From an uncultured virus (IMG/VR IMGVR_UViG_3300044732_003010) (Duplodnaviria > Heunggongvirae > Uroviricota > Caudoviricetes), in IMG/VR virus record IMGVR_UViG_3300044732_003010, positions 62,001 to 88,081 of that record: a stretch of 26,081 bases of DNA; one strand, written 5' to 3'. Positions within the stretch are counted from its first letter, which is position 1; the number at the start of each line of letters is the position of its first letter. The notes under the pieces are model-generated. The model was not told where the DNA came from, searched no databases, and was given only the letters and a program-made list of their open reading frames with translations. A program made the translations under genes and the position numbers. This document shows, in pieces, positions 10,601-19,010 of the stretch.

Positions 10601-13600
10601 AGACAGTCTGGGTTAAATTATATCAAGGGGTTAAATATTGGATTACAAAATAATAATAGCGAAAAATACGCTTTAGATGTTGCGATTGGAATTATCGACG
10701 CAACAAATAAAGGGCTGGGAAATGCTTCACCGTCTAAAAAAGCGATGAAAGCAATGCGGTTTTTTTATGAAGGATTAGCGTTAGGGGCGCGTCATATTCG
10801 CTTCGGATTAAGGCTAGAGACTCAATTCGATAAAGAAGTAAGCGATTTTACTTTCTTTGTCGGGACGAGGTCAAAAGAAGCCCGAAAAGCGATCCTTCAA
10901 GCTGTTAAAGAAATGGTAAACCAAGGGGAACGCCTAGCGGCTATTAACGAGATTCAAGGCTCGATGAACACGGGAATTTTCGCTTCTCCCCGCGCTTTTC
11001 AAGTGATGAAGCGAGCTACCGTCATCGCTCGTCCAAAAACAACACGAGAAGAAATTCTTGACGACTGGAATAAAAAACGAGACAACATTTTCAACGCTCT
11101 CGATAGCATTGAAAAAGCGGGCGTTTCTAGTGGTTTTACAAACGGTATCGTAAGCGGACTAAAAGCTGTTATTGCCCAAGCGGACGGATTTATTAATTTC
11201 CTCTCGGTTGGTGGCAAAGCACTCAGAACTCTCGACCAAGAACTTAATGCCGCTACAGGAGGTATGATTAATCTTCGTAAAGGTGCTATAGCGGCAATTG
11301 GGGGATTTGCTCTTTTCAAAGGAGCAGAATTTTTATTACGACCTCTATTTTTTGCTATTTACGATATTCCTTTTAGGATTCAACAAGCTGTTACTGATTC
11401 TTTACTTGCTTTTACTGAGTTACAAAGAATTAAATTAAATTTAAATCTTGCTGGTGTAGGCAATGTAGAACAATCTCTTGACGCTTTAGTGGCAAGGGCT
11501 GACAAATTAGGAATATCCTTTAAAGAATCCGCTATTGCTTATAGCAGATTCAAATTAATTACTACCAATTCTCCACTACAAGCGCAGGCAGATAATATTT
11601 TTGAAGGATTCCAAGAGGCATTATCGGCGCGACAAACCAATGCCCAACAGCAAGCTGAATCTTTTAGAGCTATCGGGCAAATAGCCTCTAAAGCTGTTGT
11701 TTCCGTTGAAGAATTCACGCAGCAATTGAGCGAGTCAGGAGGATTAAACGACGCTTTAAACGTGGCCGCCCGATCAATGGGGTTAACCACTGCTCAATTT
11801 TATCAACAAGCATCAGCAGGCAATCTTTTGGTACAAGATGTTTTACCTCGATTAGCGGCCGAATATGAACGGATGAGTGCCGGAGGTCTTTCTCTCTCTA
11901 CTAAAACTTTACAATCGGAAATCTCTCGATTCCAGAACAATACCGAACAACTTCAAATGCAGTTAGGGGAAAAAATTGGAGTAGTCGCTTACCCTGCTTT
12001 ACAGGCATTAAATGCCGTCTTGAGTACCTTAAATGACAATCTAGGGACGGTGGCATCAGTGGGAGCCGCCGGGTTACTGTCAGTCATGGGATTCTTAGGA
12101 AAATCAGTCATGCAATTTGCGGCAGCGGGTCGGTTAGGAGCCGTTGCCAGTGCTGCTATGAGTGCATCCTTACAATCTGCCGGAGTAGCGTCTCTATCTA
12201 CAGCTACAGCCATGGGTAGATTAAAAGTATCTATAAACCTTGCTACTTTAGCAGGAATAGGATTAATTAAAGCATTGATTATTCCTACTGCGGTGATAAC
12301 TGGTATTCAATTTGTTTATAACGCATTAAATGCTGGTAGCGAAGAACTAAAACAAGCTGTAAGAACCCTAGAAGAGTCTAAAAAAGCTCTTGATGCTTGG
12401 CAAAACAAAACCGATAACAGTAATCGCAAAGGCCTAACAAGCTTTTTGCCTGACATGGAATTGTCTGGAGGAGAAAAGTTTTTTAATGTTATAACATTCG
12501 GGATTGTTTATAATTCTAAATGGCTTATGTCACTATTAGAATTACGACAAGGACTAGAAAACATTGATAAATCTCTGGCTACTGGAGTTGGGAATCTTAA
12601 AGAATATCAAAAAACTTTATCTAATTTTTCAGGTAGCAAGCAATTTTCATCTGAATTACAAGAAATCAGAAATAATTTAGCTTTAGTCAGAGCAGAAAGA
12701 ACAATTGCAAGCGCAAAAGGAAACGACCGATCTGTAGCTGAATTTAACCGGCGAGAGCAGGATTTAATGAAGCAAGAACAGGAGCTAATTAATAAACAGT
12801 TAGGTCCCGTTGGGTCAAGAATTACTGCCGACCTTCAACAATATGAGATGGCGTTAGCATCGTTAGAGCAAAGCTTTAAGAATAGAGATATAACTGACAT
12901 TGCTTACGCGCAACGTAAAAAAGACCTCGTGACTATAATTGGTCAACTAAAAAAAGCGGAACAAGATTATCTACAAGTCTTGAAAGATCAAGAAAAAGAA
13001 TATAGAAAATTACAAGTTGCCTTTGATCTTGCTATAAGAACAAGAGCTAATGCCAATTTTGCTAATGAAGGAAATAGTTTAAGTCGTTCAATTGGATTAA
13101 ATCAACAATTTGCATCAGGGGAAATTAATGAATTTCAGTTTAATGTTAAAGTTCGAGAAGAAAGCTTACAGACTGCTAAAGAGCGTATTGCCACTTTAGG
13201 CAATACAGCTAACTCTATCTCTAATACTTTAAACGAAAGGCTATCTAAATCTGCCAATAAAGTTTTAAGCACTTACTTTAAAGAAGATCTAAAACAGCTA
13301 AATGTAGCGAGCTTTGGTGGAGCAATTGCTGGAAATTTACTCTCTCCTGATGCTATTCAGCAAATAATGGATCAGTATGAATCTGACCTAAAAGATAACG
13401 CTGCTTTAAGATCTATTTTAAATCAGGCTAAAGAATACGCAACTGCTCGACGAGATATTTTAAACACTGAGAAAGAAATTCAGCAAATTAGTCGAGAGAT
13501 TATTGTCGAAAGAAAGAAAAGACAAATACAAGAAAAACAGGCTAGTAAAGAAATTGTTAAAGCAGAACAACTTACTAATCTAGCCAATAAAACCTCCTCC

Positions 13601-16600
13601 AGTCAAAATATTGGCTACGGACTAGAGCAAACCAAAATAAACTTGGCAGCTCTTTATAATCAATTAGCCTTAGAGCAAGAAAAATTAGTATTAAACGTAG
13701 ATGATCCGTTAACGGTCAAAACAGCTATTGCAAATATCACACAGCAAATAGCTGAAACCGAACTATCTTTAAGAGATCAGCAAGAGCAACTACAATACTA
13801 TTACCGCAACCTTGGCCGTCAGATAATCGACTTTAATCGTCAGATTGAAGATTATAGAAGACAGATTGAAGATGCTCAACTGTCAGCTTTTAGAGGAAAT
13901 CGTTCTCTATCTGAAAGTTACACTGATTTAGTCAGGGAACTCGACAAGAAACTCTTAAATGCCCAAAATCAGCTACTGGATGCGACCGATAGAATCAGGG
14001 TACAGCAAGTTAAAAACCGTTTATTAATACCCGGTACAAGCGACGCTGGTAAAGAATTAGGTGACATTTTCCTAGAATTTGTCCAGGGACAAGCTGACCT
14101 TGCCAGTCGCGGTCGCACCTTCCAATCCCGAACCGAGGAGATAGAAACTTCCTATATCTCTACTCTAAGAAATATTCGTAACTTACAAGAGCAACAGCAA
14201 GACGCTGAAAGAAGCCGACTAAGAACGATTGAGGATATTAAACGGACTCAAGAAAACCTTAATCGCACCTTAGCTGACTTAATCCGACAAACCAATAAAG
14301 AATTAGGCTTTATTCCCCAATCAATCAAGGATATTGTCACAAATCTTAATACACTTCCAGAACCAATTAAATTAATCAATTCTGAGTTAGTGGCTATTCC
14401 CCCAAATATTAAGACTTCTGGAGAAGACTTAATAAAAAGTATAGAAGAAACTGCGGAGGCAATTAGAAAAGCTAAGGAAGGTTTGATACTACCAGCACCT
14501 AGTAATTTCACCCCTGCTCCTGTGTGGAATGGGGGAGGGGTTTTACCGCCGCCACCGCCACAGTCGTCTTCAATTCCCAAAGGGTTAACACCACGCGGTC
14601 GAGAATTATCTCAATATTTAAACAATCCTCACGTCAAGGCCTTTCTTGATATTATTGCTTACGCAGAAGGTACTGCCAATATGCCAAATAAGGGATATAA
14701 CACCCTTTTTGGCCATGGACAATTTAGTTCTTTTGCAGACCATCCACGCCAAAGAATTCCGTTTGGATCAACCAGTTCATCGGCATCTGGAAGATACCAG
14801 ATCATGGATTTTACATGGAATGAAGAAAAAGCAAAATTAGGATTAAAAGATTTTTCTCCTGTCTCTCAAGATTTAGTCGCATTAAGTCGTATTTTAATGA
14901 GAGGTGGATTAGACGAGCTTCTTAAGGGAGATATTCGTGGGGCAATTAACGCAACCCGCAAAGAATGGGCATCTTTCCCAGGGGCTAATTACCCAGGGCA
15001 AGGCATGAAACGGATGGAAGACCTGTTAAGGGTTTACGATCAGTCTTTACGAAAATACCAACCAAATGCCCCTCGTACTCAATCCGAACTAGACGCACTG
15101 CGATATGACGGCAATCCTGCTAACAGCGGAGCATCAAACCGTATTCGACAAATCAGAAGAAATCAAGGCGGTTTACCCACTCCATCAACTTCCACCCCTA
15201 ACCCTTCTCCATCAGTTCAGCAACAAATCACCAACAGATTACCAAAAAATATTCAATCTGTTTTAGTTCAAGAAGTTGGCGGAAAAACTGTATATTCTAA
15301 AAATGCTCAAACACCTCCAGCGTCACCAGCTAGTACAATTAAAGTTATTATTGCTGATTTGATTGCCAAAGAAATAACAAGCGGAAAACTTTCCTTAAAA
15401 GATGCTATCGCCATAAAATTGCCTTTGGTTGATCCACACGGACAATTAAAAGCCAATCAAGTTAAAACAGTTGAACAGCTAGTACAGTTAATGCTAGAAA
15501 AGTCAGATAATACGGCAACTAATGTTTTAATTGATCGGCTAGGTGGGCTAACCAAAGCTACAGAATTAGCCAGAAAAGAAGGTTATAAAAACACTACTAT
15601 TTCTAGGTATTTAAATATACCAGGCAGTGGAACTCCAAACATTTCAACAGCACAAGACGTAACGTTAGCTATGCAGTCTTTAATTAAAAATCAAAATCCT
15701 GCAAGTCAATTAGCTGAACAATCTCTAAGACAAACAAGAAATTTTAAGTATAATAATGAAATCGGCGGAAAAATTGGAAATAACTCTAAAGTTATTGGTA
15801 ATGTTGGACTGGTAAACATTAATGGGAAAGAATATATTGTAACTGCTTATGCAAACATTAACGGCAATCAACTAAATAATCGAAAAATAATAACTAATGC
15901 TACTAATGCAATTAGCCAATCCATTAAAGACTCCACCCCTAACCCTTCTCCTGCCCGTGTTTTAACAAAAGAAGAAACAAAAGAAGGAAAAGGTGGACCA
16001 GAATTTAGTAGTCCTCCACCCATAGCTCAGTTACCGACTTTACCTAATCAAAACCGAGATAATTTCTGGGATGCCGATTTACCACCGGTTCTTAAAGACA
16101 ATCCGATTAACTTCCAGAGTCCTAATTTGCCTCCCGTTCCCAATCTTCCTACGGGTAATCTTGGCGCAGCGGCTGATCAAATTCGCAACGCTGAAACAGC
16201 TAATCAAAACGCTGAGGAGTTTTCAAGACGACTAGAAGAGCAACAAAATCTAAACAAGGCTCTTGACAGATCAATGAAATTTAGACGGCAGCAAGAGGAA
16301 GATGCCCGTGCATTAGAACGTACTTTAAGAAATGCTTCCGAAAATGTCGCTGATTTGACTATCAACTCTAAAGGGTATCTGACAGTACAAGAAGAAATTA
16401 ATAAGAGTGCTACAGAAGTCTCTCGTCAATATCGCTCTCAAATTGAATCACTAGAAGACCAGCGACGGACTTTACTTTTAAATGCTGAGGCTCAACAAAA
16501 ATACAGCGACGCGATAAAAGAAATCTTAGGAGAATTTCAAAGAAAAGGTATAGCTCTCCCCCCTGAATTTACCAAAGAAATGATAGATAGTATTGACGCT

Positions 16601-17833
16601 TTAGCTAAACGCGCTGAATTAGCTAAAGAACAGGTAGCAATTCTTGATCAAGCGATTGAACAATTAGGCAAGAATCAGGGAGTAGCCAGCTTAGAAGCAT
16701 CATTTAGAAAAACCAGAGATACAGTCAGGAGTATTCGTGATCGGTTAAATGATTTAACTATCCAAAGAATGAAGTTAGAGAATCAAGCCCGACCGACTTT
16801 ATTTGATGATTCTGCTATCCTTGCCGAACGTATTAGCCTACAAAAAGAAAAAGAGGAACTAGAGGATTATTTAGAACCTTACAAAGACTTACCACAATAC
16901 GCTGAATTTGTGGCTAATATTCGCTCGGAATGGGAAAAACTTGCAGAATTAAGATTAAAACGAGCGGAGTTAAACGCTTCCCCAAATCGTGGCGCAGCTG
17001 AAAGCTTTTTCTCTGATATTAGAGAAGGAAAAGGAATAGGATCGGCTTTTAGTAGTCTTGGATTAAATATCATGACAAAATTTGTTGAGGGTATTACTAA
17101 GCCCGCTATCGATGCTTTAACTTCTGCTATCGATGGATTTACAAAGCCGATTACTCAGGCATTTGAATCAGTATTTAATGCAATCATCGGTCCAGTAGGT
17201 AACTTTTTCACTAATGCCCTCAGTAGCATTTTTAAACCAGTAGGTAACATCTTTTCCTCTATCTTTGGGGGCGGTGGCGGAGGTGGCTTATTTAATGGCT
17301 TACTTAGCGGAATAACAGGGATTTTTAGTGGAGGGATTGGGGGACTTGGTTCGATTGGATCACTTGGTAGTATAGGAGCCTCTAGTTTTGCTTCTGCTCC
17401 GGCTTCTGCCTTTTCTCTAGGTACAGGATTCAGCTTATTTAGTGATGGCGGGAAAGTTGGAGATGCCAATGTTCCGATAGAGAAAAATATCATTTCAGCT
17501 TTTCAGCGCGAACGAGCAATGTCGGGAGGCCGAAAACCTCGCTTGATCGTAGCTAATGAAGACGAATTGGTTCTTAACCCTAAAGAAACAGAAGCATATC
17601 TAGAGTACAGAAATAATGCTCCTATTAAGAACTATGCTAATGGAGGATTTGTCGGGGGTAAGCCTAATTACTCCACAACCTCAAATAACAATAGCTCTAA
17701 TCAGTCTTTGGTAATTAATAACACCAATAACGTGACTGTAGAATCACGGAATGATATGGGGTATAGTTTGAATCAATTGAAAGAACGGGAAAATGCACAA
17801 AATGAACGAACTAAAAAACGATTCTTTGGGTAA
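4685..17833 (+). CDS. Giant multi-domain tape measure protein (~4382 aa) with alpha/beta-hydrolase-like, kinase-like, ART-like, lambda-type lysozyme and PBP/class-A beta-lactamase-like domains
   Basis: N-terminal SLGTLEIGLGLNTAQYDSGI, GLGNASPS motifs, tape-measure core (GQIASKAVVSVEEFTQQLSE...AARSMG ~11400-12100), long coiled coils, position after G/GT; ATG 4685 overlaps the gpT stop (TAATG) with a GGGGAG RBS. Confidence 0.9.
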   Translation: MSLSLGTLEIGLGLNTAQYDSGIKSAKDQLSSLERRVTKLGTTPLKIKVSVDDRQLYGLNSHLLLKRVDLKKTVDFYKANPIKVFAEDDALVSLNQELRELKKTSVEIRTPSKIVVEHRFSGYQDRVEKAIDRSTSRISSEIRISSSKGGVAGAIGRILMSPFKLAGRVLDDMVTGYFEKLGQSFAEEIGVTSAKNTAKKIKSAITKIDEQLIGKNQVYETFLSEFFRSGSIEKATQASFPRTEVGKTTERLQKLQEIALVPANKPLERLRLIKENSELNKIYQQVLQKIESENPGIKPREAGKKAMAQFLVDAQPQTQVLKGFVNSFIQEMAPLLKFIQGMRSYRTSVESQKYYNERKAGFPLLREGEDVVSVIGGAQFKGGQGGRQVVQSIELLAPNKRFIPVENPETDTDKQNPNLLEKMIRDKITEIAPDFAAGETIDTAINAFRQVVNAINPFGYSTAAAQAIANTRLAEEQGKKGSVVSYSLGGADNLQYAQTASYLGMQPHALAMAYPFLNFTQNTPKGFNAALLSGDPLGFAKLLGIGVNTNQFRSIESNTPFGLSNHHQKHLFKEQPFLDLFYKTINAEQPDMTPGQQSKVVHAGDKLYEVLGSTLQLKSLKETGEFDKTLPYHRFLQGYSSGSPNVSVEGFIAKFFEGLRLISSFDTKELQPVSQALKSLMEPLIPFIAKKFRQGGANLPENPQDFAGYQKYQQEAKSINRALLEFKSGKLADTPSWYAGNLEPNEVKRRTEKIRTETIPWFTSEESTFGQTYTKKIVEAYKKIADVADEFIKTGGKLSQKTKDSIKTFEVDEFSGELASFLNTRLDTSTLPKEEEVRQLQVTVPEIFLKKQSAILAYNKLLNAVGKEILPGISEIKKIGAGMSGAVALLSDNLVYKTDLDPIGATKIASEDEIKAYEKLQGRLSPLLYKAVPGQALITERTQGRPLKEILDRIARPYKEIQQKIQEANKALELAIDNKDATKIKELKVLTKELQSSAKKEHNRFNKAASILYQQVGQLGASLQEMGVVHNDLAAANVFFAQGGITSIDLGNAKVDPTSSDKFNDKITTIQRAIIDSSYYGLMDPFKIIGAVQSGYSKPFATQVSDSNARQKSAIIPQKREINETLLSPVVTGKAISLGSYTPTLLKQIVGDFSLPTKETVFAKIDTPEQKKEQPILDNQPQKLNDLAATAKSKLEDVLASRLGTPDKSGEIQHLSGNEDFAELLQLTLVRELKTASLLLSKAFRDTSLDVIKFGQVVFTVLKAIERPVMALPGAAIGKKAIQVGGTAAMGAAALHALPMGLDATVVNTMRDILAGAMSAGGRGMVQAVATQMTQAFSGLPFGVGQQLTEAVVQLVTEITNGTISVLSQGGAVAGSALMAGEGVKRLLGAATSNVPKLISKEEQQKIEGKTQKALKAAKNKADSLITTEITPYFDERVFPASNPIPANIKAINPEYYTVKQLRGLARNQGIDVPASGAGARKEEIWKSLTEKFNPDQLTRLLLTTKASDRTKLGKKELSGFQVASTEIPADFTKRIGIGIKNIGQEINTTKDIQSLERLYFQLEKVKKGITALRANPEFNTTNINKSLSGFLQSVDNLQTQILAKGGLESGKNLNKGLAKGLKDTSASDIAYQNALKIVDQIDKGLGNASPSWKGEESGENFIKGVAIGIEKGISSFDFQSLASEVVKGFESGLSLGDIEKIIQSYFDVNIPNLKDLAVEAKMMGWEGKPIDGLLEKKLSKFPLSKTFTPVEPPKNNIISYPTPTRLIESNLPSENALASASIRLKQLSNFYAGHKTAFANLKAILTQGIDPTFNQWSLRRDRFDFEKQVFKEPVAYSAINSFSEPIKGNDYYGDAEIMLDIAKIANRSTFTRGDSGAFWRNPSEIITNPLSSFTPDQYNRRPNEILEYLEVQTTGKIDPSDFLGINLGDIEEKYNIYGRKLIEVIASSLSAGVPVFAKNLEAISSMFSSEGRQSGLNYIKGLNIGLQNNNSEKYALDVAIGIIDATNKGLGNASPSKKAMKAMRFFYEGLALGARHIRFGLRLETQFDKEVSDFTFFVGTRSKEARKAILQAVKEMVNQGERLAAINEIQGSMNTGIFASPRAFQVMKRATVIARPKTTREEILDDWNKKRDNIFNALDSIEKAGVSSGFTNGIVSGLKAVIAQADGFINFLSVGGKALRTLDQELNAATGGMINLRKGAIAAIGGFALFKGAEFLLRPLFFAIYDIPFRIQQAVTDSLLAFTELQRIKLNLNLAGVGNVEQSLDALVARADKLGISFKESAIAYSRFKLITTNSPLQAQADNIFEGFQEALSARQTNAQQQAESFRAIGQIASKAVVSVEEFTQQLSESGGLNDALNVAARSMGLTTAQFYQQASAGNLLVQDVLPRLAAEYERMSAGGLSLSTKTLQSEISRFQNNTEQLQMQLGEKIGVVAYPALQALNAVLSTLNDNLGTVASVGAAGLLSVMGFLGKSVMQFAAAGRLGAVASAAMSASLQSAGVASLSTATAMGRLKVSINLATLAGIGLIKALIIPTAVITGIQFVYNALNAGSEELKQAVRTLEESKKALDAWQNKTDNSNRKGLTSFLPDMELSGGEKFFNVITFGIVYNSKWLMSLLELRQGLENIDKSLATGVGNLKEYQKTLSNFSGSKQFSSELQEIRNNLALVRAERTIASAKGNDRSVAEFNRREQDLMKQEQELINKQLGPVGSRITADLQQYEMALASLEQSFKNRDITDIAYAQRKKDLVTIIGQLKKAEQDYLQVLKDQEKEYRKLQVAFDLAIRTRANANFANEGNSLSRSIGLNQQFASGEINEFQFNVKVREESLQTAKERIATLGNTANSISNTLNERLSKSANKVLSTYFKEDLKQLNVASFGGAIAGNLLSPDAIQQIMDQYESDLKDNAALRSILNQAKEYATARRDILNTEKEIQQISREIIVERKKRQIQEKQASKEIVKAEQLTNLANKTSSSQNIGYGLEQTKINLAALYNQLALEQEKLVLNVDDPLTVKTAIANITQQIAETELSLRDQQEQLQYYYRNLGRQIIDFNRQIEDYRRQIEDAQLSAFRGNRSLSESYTDLVRELDKKLLNAQNQLLDATDRIRVQQVKNRLLIPGTSDAGKELGDIFLEFVQGQADLASRGRTFQSRTEEIETSYISTLRNIRNLQEQQQDAERSRLRTIEDIKRTQENLNRTLADLIRQTNKELGFIPQSIKDIVTNLNTLPEPIKLINSELVAIPPNIKTSGEDLIKSIEETAEAIRKAKEGLILPAPSNFTPAPVWNGGGVLPPPPPQSSSIPKGLTPRGRELSQYLNNPHVKAFLDIIAYAEGTANMPNKGYNTLFGHGQFSSFADHPRQRIPFGSTSSSASGRYQIMDFTWNEEKAKLGLKDFSPVSQDLVALSRILMRGGLDELLKGDIRGAINATRKEWASFPGANYPGQGMKRMEDLLRVYDQSLRKYQPNAPRTQSELDALRYDGNPANSGASNRIRQIRRNQGGLPTPSTSTPNPSPSVQQQITNRLPKNIQSVLVQEVGGKTVYSKNAQTPPASPASTIKVIIADLIAKEITSGKLSLKDAIAIKLPLVDPHGQLKANQVKTVEQLVQLMLEKSDNTATNVLIDRLGGLTKATELARKEGYKNTTISRYLNIPGSGTPNISTAQDVTLAMQSLIKNQNPASQLAEQSLRQTRNFKYNNEIGGKIGNNSKVIGNVGLVNINGKEYIVTAYANINGNQLNNRKIITNATNAISQSIKDSTPNPSPARVLTKEETKEGKGGPEFSSPPPIAQLPTLPNQNRDNFWDADLPPVLKDNPINFQSPNLPPVPNLPTGNLGAAADQIRNAETANQNAEEFSRRLEEQQNLNKALDRSMKFRRQQEEDARALERTLRNASENVADLTINSKGYLTVQEEINKSATEVSRQYRSQIESLEDQRRTLLLNAEAQQKYSDAIKEILGEFQRKGIALPPEFTKEMIDSIDALAKRAELAKEQVAILDQAIEQLGKNQGVASLEASFRKTRDTVRSIRDRLNDLTIQRMKLENQARPTLFDDSAILAERISLQKEKEELEDYLEPYKDLPQYAEFVANIRSEWEKLAELRLKRAELNASPNRGAAESFFSDIREGKGIGSAFSSLGLNIMTKFVEGITKPAIDALTSAIDGFTKPITQAFESVFNAIIGPVGNFFTNALSSIFKPVGNIFSSIFGGGGGGGLFNGLLSGITGIFSGGIGGLGSIGSLGSIGASSFASAPASAFSLGTGFSLFSDGGKVGDANVPIEKNIISAFQRERAMSGGRKPRLIVANEDELVLNPKETEAYLEYRNNAPIKNYANGGFVGGKPNYSTTSNNNSSNQSLVINNTNNVTVESRNDMGYSLNQLKERENAQNERTKKRFFG
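9612..10731 (+). repeat. 25-bp perfect direct repeat pair (9612-9636 and 10707-10731) inside the tape measure gene
   Basis: ATAAAGGGCTGGGAAATGCTTCACC twice, 1095 bp (365 codons) apart. Confidence 0.9.
15191..15951 (+). repeat. 20-bp perfect direct repeat pair (15191-15210 and 15932-15951) inside the tape measure gene
   Basis: TCCACCCCTAACCCTTCTCC twice, 741 bp (247 codons) apart. Confidence 0.9.
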
Positions 17834-18233
17834 TCAAATTGTTACCGAAGCTCTTGAATGGCTCGGTACTCCTTGGTTTCATGGTCAATCGCTTAAAGGG
17901 ATTGGAACCGATTGTGTAGGATTTATCGCTGGCGTAGGGATTGAAGTCGGATTCTTGCCCCATGATTTCATTATTGAAAACTACGAACGGATTCCCCGGA
18001 ACAATTTCTTAGTGAGATTTATCGAGGGTATCTTGACAAGAGTAGAAGGTAGTCCAGATAAAGGAGATATTTTAGTCTTCCGTAAATCAGGTATAAATGG
18101 TCATGTGGGGATTTATCTGGGAGATGGGGAGTATATTCATGCTGACTCAATAAATGGCGTGATGAAGACCTATATTCATGAATACCCGCCTGCACTAATT
18201 TATCGAGTACCTACTTTAGGAGTGGTAAAATAA
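17793..18233 (+). CDS. NlpC/P60 family tail-associated peptidase
   Basis: WLGTPWFH...GTDCVGFI (catalytic Cys) ...GHVGIYLGDGEYIHA (His, His); start may be 17802. Confidence 0.9.
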   Translation: MHKMNELKNDSLGNQIVTEALEWLGTPWFHGQSLKGIGTDCVGFIAGVGIEVGFLPHDFIIENYERIPRNNFLVRFIEGILTRVEGSPDKGDILVFRKSGINGHVGIYLGDGEYIHADSINGVMKTYIHEYPPALIYRVPTLGVVK

Positions 18234-18254
18234 TAGAAAGCTACCTTAATCCCG

Positions 18255-18566
18255 ATGAAAAAGATTATTTTAAGTTTATTGTTTTTGGGAGTGTTGCCTA
18301 CCGTGGCACTGTCCCTCGATAATCAGACTCAAGAGATACTTGAGAAAAGAACTTGTCAGTATCTTAAGTCTGGACTGACACTAGGGGAAACCACATCGGC
18401 GATCAGTTCTGCCGTTTTTCCGTACGCAACAGCAAGAGTAGGGACGGGGACAGGATCAGGATCAGAAATACTGTATATTTTGCGCGATGAAATTGTGAGA
18501 GGTCAAACAGAAGCAATCCTTGAAAACGCTAAAAAAAGATGTCCAGAGTTTTTTCCTCGTAACTAA
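18255..18566 (+). CDS. Small exported protein with a signal peptide (moron-like)
   Basis: MKKIILSLLFLGVLPTVALS signal peptide, two Cys; TGGTAAAAT extended -10 at about 18223-18231. Confidence 0.65.
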   Translation: MKKIILSLLFLGVLPTVALSLDNQTQEILEKRTCQYLKSGLTLGETTSAISSAVFPYATARVGTGTGSGSEILYILRDEIVRGQTEAILENAKKRCPEFFPRN

Positions 18567-18629
18567 GAGGCGATACCGTGGGAAGTTAGATTGTTTATCA
18601 GTAATTTTACGCGCATAAACAGATTCAGC

Positions 18630-18695
18630 TATGAGCCAAGTTATGAGCCTTTATGAGCCAAGTTATGAGCCTTTATGAGCCAAGTTATGAGCCTT
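18630..18695 (+). repeat. Tandem repeat, 3 x 22 bp (six TATGAGCC cores)
   Basis: TATGAGCCAAGTTATGAGCCTT x3, exact. Confidence 0.95.
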
Positions 18696-19010
18696 CTGCT
18701 GACGAGTTACAAAATTATAGTATCACAGAATGATTGTCTTGTCCTTGATTCTCGTTTGATTGCTGGTGAGTTGGGGATTGAACACTGCGCCTTGCGTCAA
18801 ACCATAGAAAAATACATTAACGAGATTCAAGAGTTTGGAGTTGTCGCATTTCAAATGTCGAAACCGCTAGAAGGCTCTAGCGGCGGTCGTCCTGAGCGTT
18901 ACTGCTACCTGAATGAAGAGCAAGCAACTTTAGTGCCGGTCTGTGAACTGGCACTTTTTGTGTTAGCTATCCCGACAACACCCTTGATTAGTTATCGGGT
19001 AAACTTCTAA
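18675..19010 (+). pseudogene. Rha-family phage regulatory protein N-terminal domain, apparently truncated
   Basis: LVLDSRLIAGELGIEH...GGRPERYCYLNEEQATL; similarity stops at a terminator-like hairpin and the remainder overlaps the RHH gene on the other strand. Confidence 0.65.
18932..18959 (+). terminator. Intrinsic terminator-like hairpin
   Basis: AGTGCCGGT-CTGTGA-ACTGGCACT (9-bp stem, one G-U) followed by a T run. Confidence 0.6.

Noticed and set aside
15250..15930. Antibiotic-resistance beta-lactamase gene
   Set aside because: It is an internal domain of a virion protein and appears to lack the Glu166 equivalent; a PBP-like role is more plausible.
5230..17493. Short ORFs inside the tape measure gene (e.g. 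8686-9033, 10999-11319, 14248-14580, 14646-14840, 17155-17493)
   Set aside because: Antisense or alternate-frame shadows of a long coding gene with no recognisable motifs.
18630..18695. Tandem repeat as a CRISPR array
   Set aside because: No unique spacers; the units are contiguous.
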